A stretch of 64,000 bases of DNA from Blepharisma stoltei ATCC 30299 (Eukaryota > Protista > Ciliophora): assembly GCA_965603825.1 (NCBI GenBank), contig CBFDEM010000032.1, forward strand, positions 248,001-312,000, given 5' to 3'. A program made the translations under genes and the position numbers. This document shows positions 48,844 through 61,915 of this stretch, piece after piece. The first letter of the stretch is position 1. Each line of letters begins with the position of its first letter. The notes below the pieces were generated by a model, which made no database searches, was not told the DNA's origin, and saw only the letters and a program-made list of their open reading frames with translations.

Positions 48844-51800
48844 TTATGAGTTTAATGATGCGCTTTCAATCATATTCTCATACCTGTGCTTTGTTTTTCT
48901 CTTGTTGATGAAAATATAAGTGAAAACTCCTGCCGATATGAAAAGAAGAATGCCCAGACCAACAGCCAGCCACACCCACCATTTTTTATATCATTCTGAG
49001 CTCTTGCTGCTCCCATCTTTGCTAGGAGTTGAACCTTTAGGAGAAAACTCAACTTTAGCTGTTCCTAAAGATTCTTTTGAACCTGAGTCCTCGATGCTTG
49101 CTTCTAGCTCTAAAGTTTCAGAGTCCTCACGTCCGATTGGATTATAAATGACAAGTGGAAACGTTCGCAAAGTGGCACTCACAATTTCAGTAGTGCTGTC
49201 AAGGGAGGTCTGCACCATCAAAATCATTTCCACAATCCCCAATTTTTCAGAGTTTCCCAGTATAATTTTTGTATTGAGAAAGTTAGCGATATTAGTTTCA
49301 GGACTCTCAGAGCCAAGTGGGATTTCAGTGTAAATTGCATTGTCATTTGGCTGAGAATAATTGACAACTCTTAGGAAAGTCTGGTCAGTTTTATAATTAA
49401 AATAGGGATAAGCAAAAAGCTGTAAGCTCTCAATTGCTACCAAAGAATTCATCCAGAAGGCGTTTTCTTCGTTTATAGATGGAACTTGTCTAACGAAATT
49501 GATGTCTGTGTCTCCCAAGCGGAAAATATAGGCGTCCCCTTGATACTCTGTAGCAATGATAGTCATATTATCGCTCAGTAGAACAGCTGACATTAAATGA
49601 AGGCCTCCATAATCTGCAATCAGTGACTCAAATGAAATAACGCTAACCAAATCGTAGAAGACTGGATTTGGAGGCAGATTGTTGGTTTTTAGCCAAAGAA
49701 ATCCTGCACTTTCTTCAATCAAAATTAACTCAGTAGGACTTGTGTATAAAATTGAAGTCAAATAAAACTGGTTTAAGTCCAAAGACTCTGCATCCAGAGT
49801 GAAGTAAGGGTTTAATTCATACTGAGAGTCTTGCTTAACGAGTTGGTAGATCTTTAAGTCTTCTCCGTTATACACAAAAACTAGTGGGTAAAGTTGAGAG
49901 CTATCAACAACAGTCTCAATGATATATGCAGGATATGCAGATGGTATTGGAAATCCTGAAGAAAAGTCTGTAAGATTCAGTGTCATCAAGTAAGTGTTCC
50001 CATAAGTTGATGAGGATTTTGCAAAAACCTCACATGACATAATTAAAAGCTGAGGGAACCCTCCTACTGTATGAATTTTATAGCAAGAAGTGAAGTATGC
50101 TTGGTTGATATTTGCAAGATTGTAGATCTGTAATAGTTTGCTAGGCGACTCACTGGTGTTATATGCAAGAATTTGATTCGGCGCTGAAATATAAAGAATT
50201 TCTCCATAGCTGGCCATATCGTACGCAAAAGTAGTCAAGTTATTGAATGTTAAGGTTTCGCCCATGGAATACTTTCCCAGAATACATATAGGCTGGGCTG
50301 CATTGCAATAATCCGTTGGGTCGATTCTAGTTCCATTTGAATAAACAAGGCCAAATTCTATATTATTACCTATGAATGCTGACAATGGGATCGGAGTTGA
50401 GAATTGAGCATCAATAACTTTCACTTTGCTCCCAGAAGTCAAAACTGAGTTTTCAACGTCGAATCTATCATTGAGCTCAATGACTGTCCCTCTTGACAAG
50501 AAAGCAAAAGTGATGATTACTGAATCAGAATAAAGTTCGTTTTTTGCTATCAACTTGAGGTCTCCTGATACATTTTCATCGGGGACTTGAGTGAAGTTGA
50601 ATTCCAAAAGAGCCCAAGTCGAAATTCCAGTAAAGTAAGGCAGCATATAGGAATGCTGATAAAGAGAAATGTAATCCGAAACTTGGCCCACAGTATAAGT
50701 GCTCAGGTACTGTCCAGAATAGACAAAGAGAAGATTATTTTCTGCCTTGACTGCTGATATACTTCCGACCTGAGACAAGTTGATAGTTGTATAAAGGCTC
50801 TCGAATGTGTACAGATTGTGATAGTCGAACACGAGCACTTTATTTTGTTGAATGTTCTGGCAGAAGACTAGCAAGAAGTCCTCAGTAACTGAAAGTCCAG
50901 TGTAGCTACAGCCTGGCATCACTGGCAAAGTCTTTTCGTACACGAGCTCATTTTCATCTATATTGCAAACAATTATACTGAATGGGTCTGCTTCTTCAGA
51001 AGAAATAATAAACAAGTTTCCATTGGTATATGATATAAAAACACTACTTTCTCTATCTCCGAAGGTAGAGAAGAGCTGATAATCATATAGAGTTTGCTTT
51101 TCAGTAATATCTTTGAGATAAACCAATATCAGTCCGTTGACCAAATCATAGACATAAAGATTGCAGAAATCATTATCAGGAGAAATATCAGTAGGAGTGA
51201 ATTCTGTAATTCCATTAAGTGAATCGCTGCTAATTATCTGAAGAGGATTCAGAGCGATTGCATTGGACCCTACTGTCATATTGAATAGCTGAATTTGGTT
51301 GCCTTTCTCAGCATAGAATATATCACACACAAAACCAATTTTCTCGGAAAATAGGGTCTGGGTGTATGAAATGGTATTCAAGTAGGAAACTGTATAATCA
51401 GTATAGAGAACATAAATATCCCAGTCAACGCTAAATAGTCCAGTACTTGAACTTTGGGATGAGCATTCAATAAGGATATATTTATCCTCAAAGTTATACG
51501 TAGTAGCAAGAGTGGCAGTCTTAGTGGGATCTGAACACTTTAAAGTAGACTGCAAAAATGTCCCTTCGTTGGTTGATGAATAAAGGAAAGCATAAGATGT
51601 GGAGCTTGGAACGGCAACAATTACTCTCAATTTGTCATCAAAGTCTGATATAACGACTGGCGAGTACCCTGCTGTGGTGACCTGGGTTGATGAAATGATA
51701 TTGCTCTTCGGAGGCATGATGATATTGACTTCACACCCATCAATAGGATTACTCATATACATTTGGTAGCTCAAGTCCTGCCCAGACAAGTAGTTAGTCA

Positions 51801-53352
51801 ATGGGAGATAGAAAACCTGATTTAGCTTGGTTATGTTAATTTCTGTGTAGAGCTCAATAGTGTCTGGATTTAAAAACCCATCTGCTGCTGAGTTTCCTCT
51901 CCATGTGTAGATTGTATAATCCCTTGGATCAACTCCCTGTATACTTACATTTGGAGAAATCTGGCTAAAGGAGTTCCAGACTTCTAGTGTCCCATTAAAT
52001 GTATAGCCTGAGTTGCTTGAAAAAAGTGTGATCATTGGATTAGTGTCGATTTCATATGAAAACACATAATTTGGTGTGCTGAAAATAATGTAATAAAAAT
52101 CAGTATCGACATTGTAAGCAATAATATATGGAGGAGTTGTGTCATTGCTCGAGTCATCGTAAAAGAGTTCGTTGACTGGAATGTCATACAACAGGTTTTC
52201 ATACATTTCTTCATCGAGCATTGAGATTCTAAAAGTCACAGTGTTTGCATCTATTACATAGTAGCCAGTTATCAGCTCAGGAGGATACAGACTGATTCTT
52301 GGAAGATTGCTTAATATATAGGGTTGAGATGGATCTTGATATCTTGCAAGCTTCTTTATATAGTAAAACTCTGGTAATCCGTATAGGACTATTCCAGAAG
52401 CTGTTCCAACGTATAGAACGTCACCTTGAAAATTGCATGAAAAGATCTCTCCAAAATCTGTTGGGTCTGCAAGAAGGGATGTGATCAAAAGGGGCTGGTT
52501 TGGAGCTGAAAAGAAATTCGACGACTGGAATTGATATATCCCATTTGTCTGATCACAGATATAACCTCCAGAATTACTAAAAGCTACACTGATTGGGTTG
52601 AATTGCTTCTCCTCAACTGCACTTCCATTTATCTGGTTGAAAAGCTCAGCAGATCGCGACGTCAAATTGTAATGGAAAATCACAATTTGATAGTCTGAGT
52701 TGGAAAGGACAACAGCATGCCAAATTTCGTTATCCGAACCATAAATGCTTGCACCAATGATGCTTCCCTTAGATGTAATTGTAACACTCATTTCTGATAA
52801 GTAATTTACCTCTTCATAGTTAGTAACATTAATAAGGCCTGCTTTGAAACCTGCTGAAGTAGCTTGCAGTATAGCACAAACACTGCTAAGTCCATTAGAG
52901 TATGGAACTACGCTAATTATACTTGATTGGAAAGGAGGCTGGTATGAAGTAATCATTTGTGGGGCGGAAGCATCAGAAATGTCCCAGAGAGTTAAATTAT
53001 TTTCTTCTATAATGAAAATGGTACCTAGATTCATAGGATCTTGTCCTATTAACTCAAAACCGTTTGCTGATGGGATGCTTTGATTTTTATTAACAGAGCC
53101 AGCCAAGGTTATTCCTTGAGATAAATGAGGGAGTTCAGCTTGAGTATTATTAATGATTTCTCCGCTGAGACTATAAGTGAGATTTTTGCCTTGAATTAAA
53201 TCTTTAAGGTAAAAAATCCCTCCTGTGTTAGCTGCGACTCGAAGATCCTGAAGACCCTCTAGCTCAAAAATATTGTCGCCTGTAACTCCATGAAATGTCA
53301 GAAAGACACTAAGAATGAGTGTGAAACATAAAATTCCAATTTTCTCAACCAT
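48844..53352 (-). CDS. large type I membrane glycoprotein (1502 aa), beta-rich ectodomain
   Basis: Signal peptide; many NxS/T sites; after TGA 48991: WYKKWWVW, TM helix, KRK and a YENM tail. Confidence 0.88.
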
Positions 53353-53640
53353 TTTATAAGCAAGTAAATGCAAGAAAGCTCAGAAAGCAAAAGATGGGAT
53401 TAAATTATTTATGAAGTAAAACTGTAAGGACTTAAGAAGACATCTATTTTGTTTAAGATTAGCAAACCCACGCTCTCAAGGATGATCTAAACATCTCATC
53501 TCTTAAATTTTTTAACGCATACTGAAAAGATTTATTTTGCTAAGAACTTATAATAAACTGCAAACGTTTAATACAAACATTGTTCCAGATTCGCTACGCA
53601 AGGTTTTATTTAGTTTAAAATTAATTTCTAGTTAATACAA

Positions 53641-56334
53641 TTAGGCCCCATCACCAATCGATGCAGCAATAATCTCATCTAATGCTAGTTTTGTAGGAGA
53701 CTGACTCCTGCTTCTTGATTTTGCTTTGTCTTTGACTGCATATGCCGTTGAGTATTTATGCCCCTCAACTGCTTTGATGAGTCTCTTCTTCATTGCTTCA
53801 TCATCATTTTCTTTATAGTCCATCAATCCTCCTACCCACTTGGCCATAAACTTTTTCATTCTTGGACTTTTCTCCTCTGGCCTATGATTCAACTTTTCAA
53901 ACTCCCCATCATAGTAGCATTCTACGAAGTCATCAATAGGCAAAAATCCTCCTCCAACCTTAACAATAAGTTTGCCTCTTTCAAAGCTGATCAGAACTCT
54001 TCGTGTCCCAAACAAATAAACTCCTTTAGCTTCTCTAATAAAAGGCACAGGCACAACTTCATCTCTCGAGTTCAAAAAGGCTGAAAGAGCCTGATCAATA
54101 TTATCATCATCAGCAGGAAAGTAAACTGGGTTCTGCATCTTTAATTCGACCACCACCCTTCTCATTGCATTGAGATCATACTCTTTTTCTTCAAAAACAG
54201 CACTGAGGCTTTTATAAATTCTGTGCTCTTTCAAGTATAGCTGAGTCAGAGAAAAAAGGAAATCAGAAAAATATGAAAGTTCAGAGACCAGCAAATCTTT
54301 AGACTCAAAATCGTGACGTCCTTTTGATTGGACAATATCAAAGACATGATCAATGTTCTGTTTTTTCGCAAAAATTTCTTCAAGCTGCTTTATATAACCT
54401 TTGAGATTGTTGAGCTTGCTTTTGAGATCGCCAATTAGCTCTGATCTTTTTTCAATTTCCCCTTGGGAGCTTACTTTGAGGTTCTTGTATTTCTTGAGAT
54501 CTGATTCTAATTGTTGTTGAAGAGCAAAAGTTTCAGTTGAAAAAGTGTCTTTTGAGTTCCTTATTGATACGACTTGAGATTTAATCCGGTCAAGTGCGGA
54601 CTCATGTGATTTTGAAGCTTGCTGGAAAATGGAAAGAGTGCTTTTTTGTCTTGCTGAGACACCGATTTGGCCTTCAAGGATTTCTATTTCTTTTAATAAG
54701 GAGTCATTTTCCTGGTTAAGAGATTCGAGCTGATGACTCTTGGATTTAAGATCTTCCTGTAGAGAAGATTTGTTTTCTGCGAGTTTCAAGTTTTCAATAA
54801 TAAGCAAGTCAGCTTGCTTTGCATAATCTTGAGAATAAGCTTCAAAGTCCGCCTTTAGTCTGTCTCTCTTGTTTTGAGAGTTCTCAAATGCCTTACCGAG
54901 ATCTTGGATGTCTTCTATCAGCTGAGAAATTTCTGCCTCAGAAGAAAGTTCACCCTTTTGACTCTTTAGTTTTGCTAATTGTTGCAAAACTGACTCTTTT
55001 TCATGGCTAAGCATTTCATTCTTTTTCTTCAGCCCTTGAAATGACTCTTCATTTCCTCTTATTTCATCCTTAATCTCTTTAATTCAAGCTTCATAGTCTG
55101 CAAACTCTTTTTCTATTTCCTCTTTTGTTTCGTCTGCAGAAGATTCCAGAGTTTCTGAACCTTTTTCAATGTTTTCAGTTTGGCCACGAATAAGTCCTGC
55201 TTCTCTTGCAAGTGTTTCATATATCGACTGTTTTGATAGGAGCCCAACAATAGAAGCTATAAAGCCGTTTTTGGTTTTTAAGGACAATTTTTCCAAAAAC
55301 ACGTCTGAGTTCCCTGCTATTTCAACGAATTCTTCTTCCTCTCCTCCTTTAGAGGCAGAAGATATACTGCCTCCTCCAGCAACCCTTGTTGGAGACCTTG
55401 CGGTCAATTTTTTTGTTGGAGACCTGCTGCCAGATCGAGTGGGACTTCTTGATCTTAATCTTGTAGCATCATCAACAAGCTTGAGAAATGATTGGCCCAT
55501 TTCTTCTTTCAGCTTATCAAGAATGTTCTGGGTATATTTTTGGTGGTGCTCTGCACCTTTGATGTTGTCTAAGTAAGAACACTTCCCACTTCTTATAGGC
55601 CCAGATATAGGCAGGGGCTGAGGACGTGCTCTGTCAGGCTTTTCTTTCACTTCAGCTGCTATTTCAACTGGTTTGCTTTCAACAATGTTCTCAAAAGTCC
55701 TAGGTTCTTCAATTTGACTAATTCCAATATGCTGCTGAAAGTCTTCCACTGCTTCATTCATATTCTCTTCCGGATGTATAGGATGTGGTGCATGTTTATG
55801 CTCATAAATAACTTCAGAATGAATAGATATGTCATCAGATTTAGCAGCACTCTCTTTAACTTCAATATGCTCAAGGATAATTTCTTGCTGAGGCTCACTT
55901 ACATATTCAATATTATCAGATTCTTTTATCTCTACTCTAGCCTCAGGTTCAGAAAATTCGAAATCTTGACTTGAAGTTATAGCACCTATGATTCTCACTC
56001 GCAAGATCTTCTCTAGAGATGTTGAAGACTCAATCAGAGCTACAACTTCTCCTGGAACATCAAACTCAAACCATTGATCCATTCTCTGAGTCAGATCTGC
56101 ACCAAACACTTGCTCTAACGACAAGGTAACCGAGCCAAGCGCAATATTGCCAGTTTGAATGAGAAGGTGAATTTGGATTTTAGGGCTTAGCTGAGAAAGA
56201 AATATTTTTACAGGAGATTTTAAAGAAAGCGTTGCAACTTTACCTTCTAAACTTATTCTGCACCAAATTTCTTCTCATTTTCCACTCCATATGTCAACTT
56301 CTTGGAGTTTCAGACAAATAAACTTTGATTCCAT
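53641..56334 (-). CDS. C2-like + coiled-coil + GAR (GAS2) domain protein (897 aa)
   Basis: In frame via TGA; GVYLFG..RV......L.VKVGGGF..IDDF GAR motif; N-terminal LGSVTLSL...QWF. Confidence 0.83.
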
Positions 56335-56850
56335 TTAACGGTAACTGTTAACTTTATTAAAAATTGAAATTCGCAATTTTTTGAATTAATTCTGACTATT
56401 TATTTTTTAAAAGAAGCCTAACTTAAGCTTTCTCAATTCATGCCGTTATATTATAACAATCAATGCAATTAGCTTCATTAAATTAATATTGAAGAAATGA
56501 ATAATGAGGCACAATGTTGTATTTAATATAGCATTTTTAAGGCAGTGCATTTTCAAAATAAAATTGATAATTTTAAATAAAAAAATAAAATACAGCGATA
56601 ATAACACTATGAACTAAAGAATTATAAAAATAAATGAAATAAAATAGTTGAGCCTGTGCAACATTTTGCCTTTCAGTTACTTAATATAAGTAAAATTTCG
56701 GATTTGCTCTTTTCAAAATCCAGTAATGTCTTTCGATTAATTATTATTATTATTATTTCATACTCTAGCTAAAACTGATTTTTTATATAAAAACTGCTAA
56801 ATAATGTCAGCTCTTGCATAGATAGCTATATAATTTTAAGCAATAATTTA

Positions 56851-57673
56851 TTAAATCACCTCGGTTAAACATAATGGGCAAGTTTTCTTAGCTTTCAGCC
56901 ACTGATCAATACACTCAGCATGATACGAATGGTTACATTTTGGTAACAGCTTGGCCATTTCTCCCTTTTCCATGTTCACTAGGCAGATTGAGCACATATT
57001 TTCTGCTGTCAGTGGAACAACAGGAAGTTCCTAATTTGCTTTTACCCTCATTTGGTCTTCATTCAAGCCGACTGGGACATTTCCAATTCTCTCTTCCAAT
57101 GCAAGAAGTTGCTCATAAGTCATATTTTCTTCATTTCTTGCCATCAATCCCCTCAGGTTCATCACTATATCAAAATTACGCTGTGCTAAAACATCAGGGC
57201 CTTGTTGAGCGAACAAGTTCTCCAAGTCTTCTTCACTGATATTGATGACTCCGTCTTGAGAAGCCATTTCATTCCTCCTCTTCAGTTCTCTTTGTTCGTT
57301 TCTCAATCGGATAATTAGCTGTCGATTTTCTTCCATTTGAGTTGTTAAGTCGTCAATTTTCTTTGTAAAAATATACCTTTTGATTTTCCTGGGTGCGCTT
57401 TTTTAGCTTCCAATACTCTTCTTGTAAGGCTGCTGCGCTTTGTGAAGACCCGTTTGGCTTTCCCGATTGAATCCTTCTGGGATTTAGAACTGCCTGATGG
57501 GCAATTGGGACTTCTTTGGCTTCTTCTTTATCAGCAGGGATAGGCTTTATAGCCTTTCTAATTGGCTGCAACGGGGTTGCGATGTTTCTTTGCACTTTTC
57601 TTTCTTCGAATTGAGGATTTTTTCCTTGTTTATGGTTAAAGTTTGGCTGCCTGTTCATTATATTAATTATCAT
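56851..57673 (-). CDS. RING-H2 E3 ubiquitin ligase (263 aa, 2 introns)
   Basis: MTYEQLLALEERIGNV; CSIC...CNHSYHAECIDQW...CPLC; introns 57361-57376 and 57031-57045. Confidence 0.9.
57031..57045 (-). other. 15-nt spliceosomal intron
   Basis: gtaaaagcaAattag; removes TAG before the RING domain. Confidence 0.88.
57361..57376 (-). other. 16-nt spliceosomal intron
   Basis: gtatatttttAcaaag; corrects frame offset. Confidence 0.82.
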
Positions 57674-57907
57674 ATTTTAGACGAGACCAGCTTGGTTTTA
57701 TTGTAGAAAGTATCTAATAAACAGCTAATAAAGTCAATAGTCTTATTTCAAAATTTATCGGTACTTTGTTCACTATATCAAATATTTAATTTTTTATTTA
57801 ATGCAATCTATATAAAAAGGATAAAAATTAAGTCCTATGAGCATATTCAAGAAATGTTAACATCTGAAAATATTTATTATGAAATTATTAATAATATATA
57901 TTTCATG

Positions 57908-59396
57908 CTAATTTCCTATAATACTTGAAATCAAAATAAATAGCATAATCACTGTGTTTAACCCTGCTATCGCCAAAGAAAGATACTACATAAATGATAC
58001 CTTAGACGGAAAGGGAGCATCATAATTTGATGGAGTGTCATTCATCAATCTCACTGCTATATGCATAATTGGGATCGCAATTGGTTGAAGAATAAATCCG
58101 AATAATCCCACCCAGTTATAAATAAGGCTCTAAAGTAAATCATACGATATCATATATAAAAAAAGCAATAAAGAAAGGGAAAAAGAGACAAGCCGCTCGG
58201 AAGTAATAATGGGCGTTATTAGGAATATTCTTTGAGTCAACTCCATAATAAAGGGTCATCAGGTTATCTGAAAGAGGAAGCCCCATTAAAGGGAAGCTTG
58301 AAAATACATCAATTGCAGGAAACAATACGATCATATAGGCTATAAGATAAGTCCACCACTCACGGTCGCTTTGGCTCGCCCCAGCAGAATACTCTCTAAA
58401 TGACAAGGTGCATTCTCCTTCAACATCATGAATCGCAATGGGTACAATCATTCCAATCAAAGCATACAATACAAAGGACGTTACTGTCACGAGAACTATG
58501 ATTTTCTTAAGATTTCGCGACCTACACTTCATGAACTCAGATATGCTAGGAAACTGAACTTGAAAGAGAAAAGTGAATAAAATCACAGATGCCATGTTCC
58601 CCAGCTTACTCATCGTCGCTAAAGGAGGCATTTTAAAACTTTCGTGATCATCATCGTCAACTTGCTTTTCTGCTGCCAGTAAACCAATTGATGCAAAGAC
58701 TACAAGTGAAATTATGCAAAATCTCATTATAGTTAATGACGATTGAATCCATTTTTGCTCTCGAAGTCCTCGAATTGTTAAATAAGTCATAAAGAGACAG
58801 TAAATCATCAAATATATCCAGTAATTTGCATAGCAGGAATCAGAATAAGATGAATGATCATATATATTGCATTTGCCAAGAGACCCTAATGGGACATTCG
58901 ATGCAAACGAGCTTGCAAAGACGGTTGCATACCCAGCCTGAGCTCCTTGCAAATAGGGAATGAGCATCAAGATGTAAAACCTACTTCATTTGGATCCAAA
59001 AAGAATCCTTACACATTCACTGATATCAAACCTTCTGTTTGATATTGTGGGTCTGTAATTAGGGGAGTTAGCTATCAAGGTTTCTTGTGGACTGATTCCT
59101 AAAATAATTTGTTTTCATGTTGGTCGGTCTACTTTTATGCCTTCTTCTCTCATCCTTGAAATGATTTCTGCTCTGCTCATTATTTCCAGTAGCTGCATGC
59201 CTAAATAGTAATTTTGGAGTGCCATGAATATCATAAAAATTAAAGAGATCAATCATCCGCTAGTTGAAAATGAATAGGGTAACGCCAGAAAACCTGCTCC
59301 TACGACTATATTAATAGAAAAGAAATACCCAGTTACCAGTCCGAATTTCTTCACCCCTTCTATTGAAACATCTGCAGTCATTTCAAGGATCGACAT
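57908..59396 (-). CDS. amino-acid transporter (AAAP/TMEM104-like; 485 aa, 2 introns)
   Basis: NIVVGAGFLALPYSF..SG(W); about 11 TM; introns 58130-58145 and 57986-58000. Confidence 0.87.
57986..58000 (-). other. 15-nt spliceosomal intron
   Basis: gtatcatttAtgtag; removes TAG before the last TM. Confidence 0.8.
58130..58145 (-). other. 16-nt spliceosomal intron
   Basis: gtatgatttactttag; restores TM-coding frame; A at -7 rather than -6. Confidence 0.78.
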
Positions 59397-60085
59397 TTTT
59401 GACTTTATCAATTAATTCATTCCACAATAATATAAAATTATTAAAGAAATCATTACTCATCCGCTACTCAAATGAAATAGCAAAAGATAAATTCTTTTCA
59501 TGCCAAGAGAGAAGGGACGATATAAAGCTCATAAGATTTATATATTACTATTTGTAAGATCAAGACTATGCCCATCTTGCTAAGCATTTTACATGCTTCT
59601 ATTAGCAATGAACATTAGACAAGTTACCTTGCTAAAATCTCGCTAAAATATCATATCAGGAGATAAGCTTGAATAATGAAATGCAATAATCCTTTTGGTT
59701 TAAATAACACTAATGGCAAATTCGAAAAGATAAATGCCACAAAAGGAAAAAAGCGCTGATTGGCTTATGATTACACTCATAACCTTATGACAAGTAAGGC
59801 AGAAAAGGTAAAGAGGCCTGCTTCTTGCACATAAAAAGCAAGAAAGAGCTTGAATTAAAGAATTTGCAGATAATGGAGGTTCTGATTTTAACATCAAAAA
59901 AGAGTTTTCCTATCTGCCTCCACTTACTACTGCAGAAGAATCAGAATAGCATAGGAGCATTATTAAAAACTCGAAATAATGAAGATGCTCTATAATTATT
60001 TAATTTTCAGTTGATTAGAATTTAAAATAACTGTAATCGCAATAAACTTACACATTTAGACTTCAATACAGGGATTTTAATTAAA

Positions 60086-61429
60086 TTAAGTCATTGATAG
60101 TAGACAAACTCCTTCATGCAAAGTTTTAAGATGCTCTATGGTTTCTTTTAAATAGTAAACCCATTTCGATCTCTGTTCTTCATTTTCAGCCCAAAGAGTA
60201 ATTTTCGTTACCCTGGAGATAAGTATGAACCCAAATCCATTCTTTGCGTCTGATTCTTCTTCTACGCTGGAATCATAAAATAGTCTTATAGCGTCTTTTT
60301 CTCTCAGGGCTTTATCGTTTTTGCTTGCATATCAGTACAATCCTTGAGTCCTTAATATAAATCATTTTGGGTTCAAAGATTTGAAAATCGCTCCTTCTTT
60401 TTTGAGCTGTCCTTCCATAACTTTATCACCCATATAATCTCTGCTTGTCGTGACATTGCAAACGTGCATTTCCGAAAGATCAGGCTCTTTTATGACTAGA
60501 TCATCCTCCAGGTTGCGTATCAGATAAACTGCAAGAGATAAGGAATGATACCATTCCATCACCTCTCATATATTAGCGCTTATTAGCAGCTTGATTCCTT
60601 CACTAATAACTGAAATCATCACAGAGTTGCCAGAGTCTACCAAGTCAAGAGAAGTGCTGTCAAGGTGGAGCTCCAGGTCAAAATGAGAAGAATTGCTACT
60701 TGGAAAAATCAGTAGCTTTTTCATATATAGGACCAGTCATTTTTTTTGAGGCTTGGACTTTCCGACGACAACTTCTACTGTGCCTTTTAAATGAGGGTAC
60801 CGCTTGTCCAGCAAAATCAGCATTTTTTGGTATTTTTCTTGTGTCACTATGTCATCTTGCTCGCTTGAAGGATTGATGGCGTCGAGAGTTTTCTCCACAT
60901 GGCATCACTTATGCCCTAGAATTGGGTGCCAAATATAGCTCTCTAGGAACAAAACTTCTGCGTCATTAACCATCTTCCTGATCTCTCATCGAGTTACAGG
61001 GCCTCTTGTGATGGGAAATCGTTTTGAGACTTCATCTATGTAAAATCAGTATTTATTAAGGTCGTAAGTAGGCCGTTTCTTTTCTCTGCGCTCTCTTGCG
61101 AAGATCATTTGAATATATTTCGACTCAATATACCAGTATCGAACGCTTCTATATAGTGCTTACTCGAATTTGAAGATCTTTGGAGTGGCAATTCACGGAT
61201 CTAGGTTAATAAGCAGAGAATCGTTTACTTTTTTGTTCCCTCTTGAGAGCAGGAAGGTGATTTCTTCGCCCAGAAAAGGCTCATGCAATCTGCGAATTGG
61301 CATATTGAACTGGGAATGAGTTTTTGCACAGGCTTTGCACACAAGCACTCCAAATTGCATATTGACTCCTTCAATTTTTTCGCTGTCACAATCTGCACAA
61401 TATTGATTATTATTCAGAAGCTCTTCCAT
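60086..61429 (-). CDS. ArfGAP-like zinc finger + GYF_2-like + two PH domains (442 aa, 1 intron)
   Basis: CADC-x16-CKAC, GNKKVN, YIESKY; WFY...RGPV...IW...W; EGQLKKEG...WFILR...W; many TGA=Trp; intron 61149-61163. Confidence 0.82.
61149..61163 (-). other. 15-nt spliceosomal intron
   Basis: gtaagcactAtatag; removes in-frame TAA. Confidence 0.85.
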
Positions 61430-61915
61430 CTCTTTGTATATATTTTCTATTTATTAAAATATATAGAGATGTTATCATTAAGAAGTATATAAGTGTAGTA
61501 ATATCATTATCTCAATTGATCTTAAGTATCTGAGAACTCTTATTGAAAGCTTAGCAGCATGCATTATTAGCATTGAAGATGATCTATGAATATTTAAATA
61601 TTCAGGATTGTTCACGCATACTTATAAGAATTATCTTTCATTCCAGAACTTGATAACAAGCATTTTTGACTGACATAAAATATATTATAGCTTGATATTA
61701 AAATAATGTTATTAGTTTTCTGTATGAATTTCGATACTCGAAGCAAAGAGCATGCAAAATCGTCTTGGCTTGGCTAGGAACCAAGATTTGCAATTACTCA
61801 AATATTTAAATGATAATGACGAATATTTTTAAACTTTTATCTTTTAAAGGATATATAAGTAAAACATATGCATAAACAATTTATTTACTAACTATCTTCA
61901 CTAGACTCGAGCAGT

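Noticed and set aside
59677-59949. ORF-like fragments on the plus strand
   Set aside because: Short, no motifs, and no 15/16-nt intron joins them convincingly
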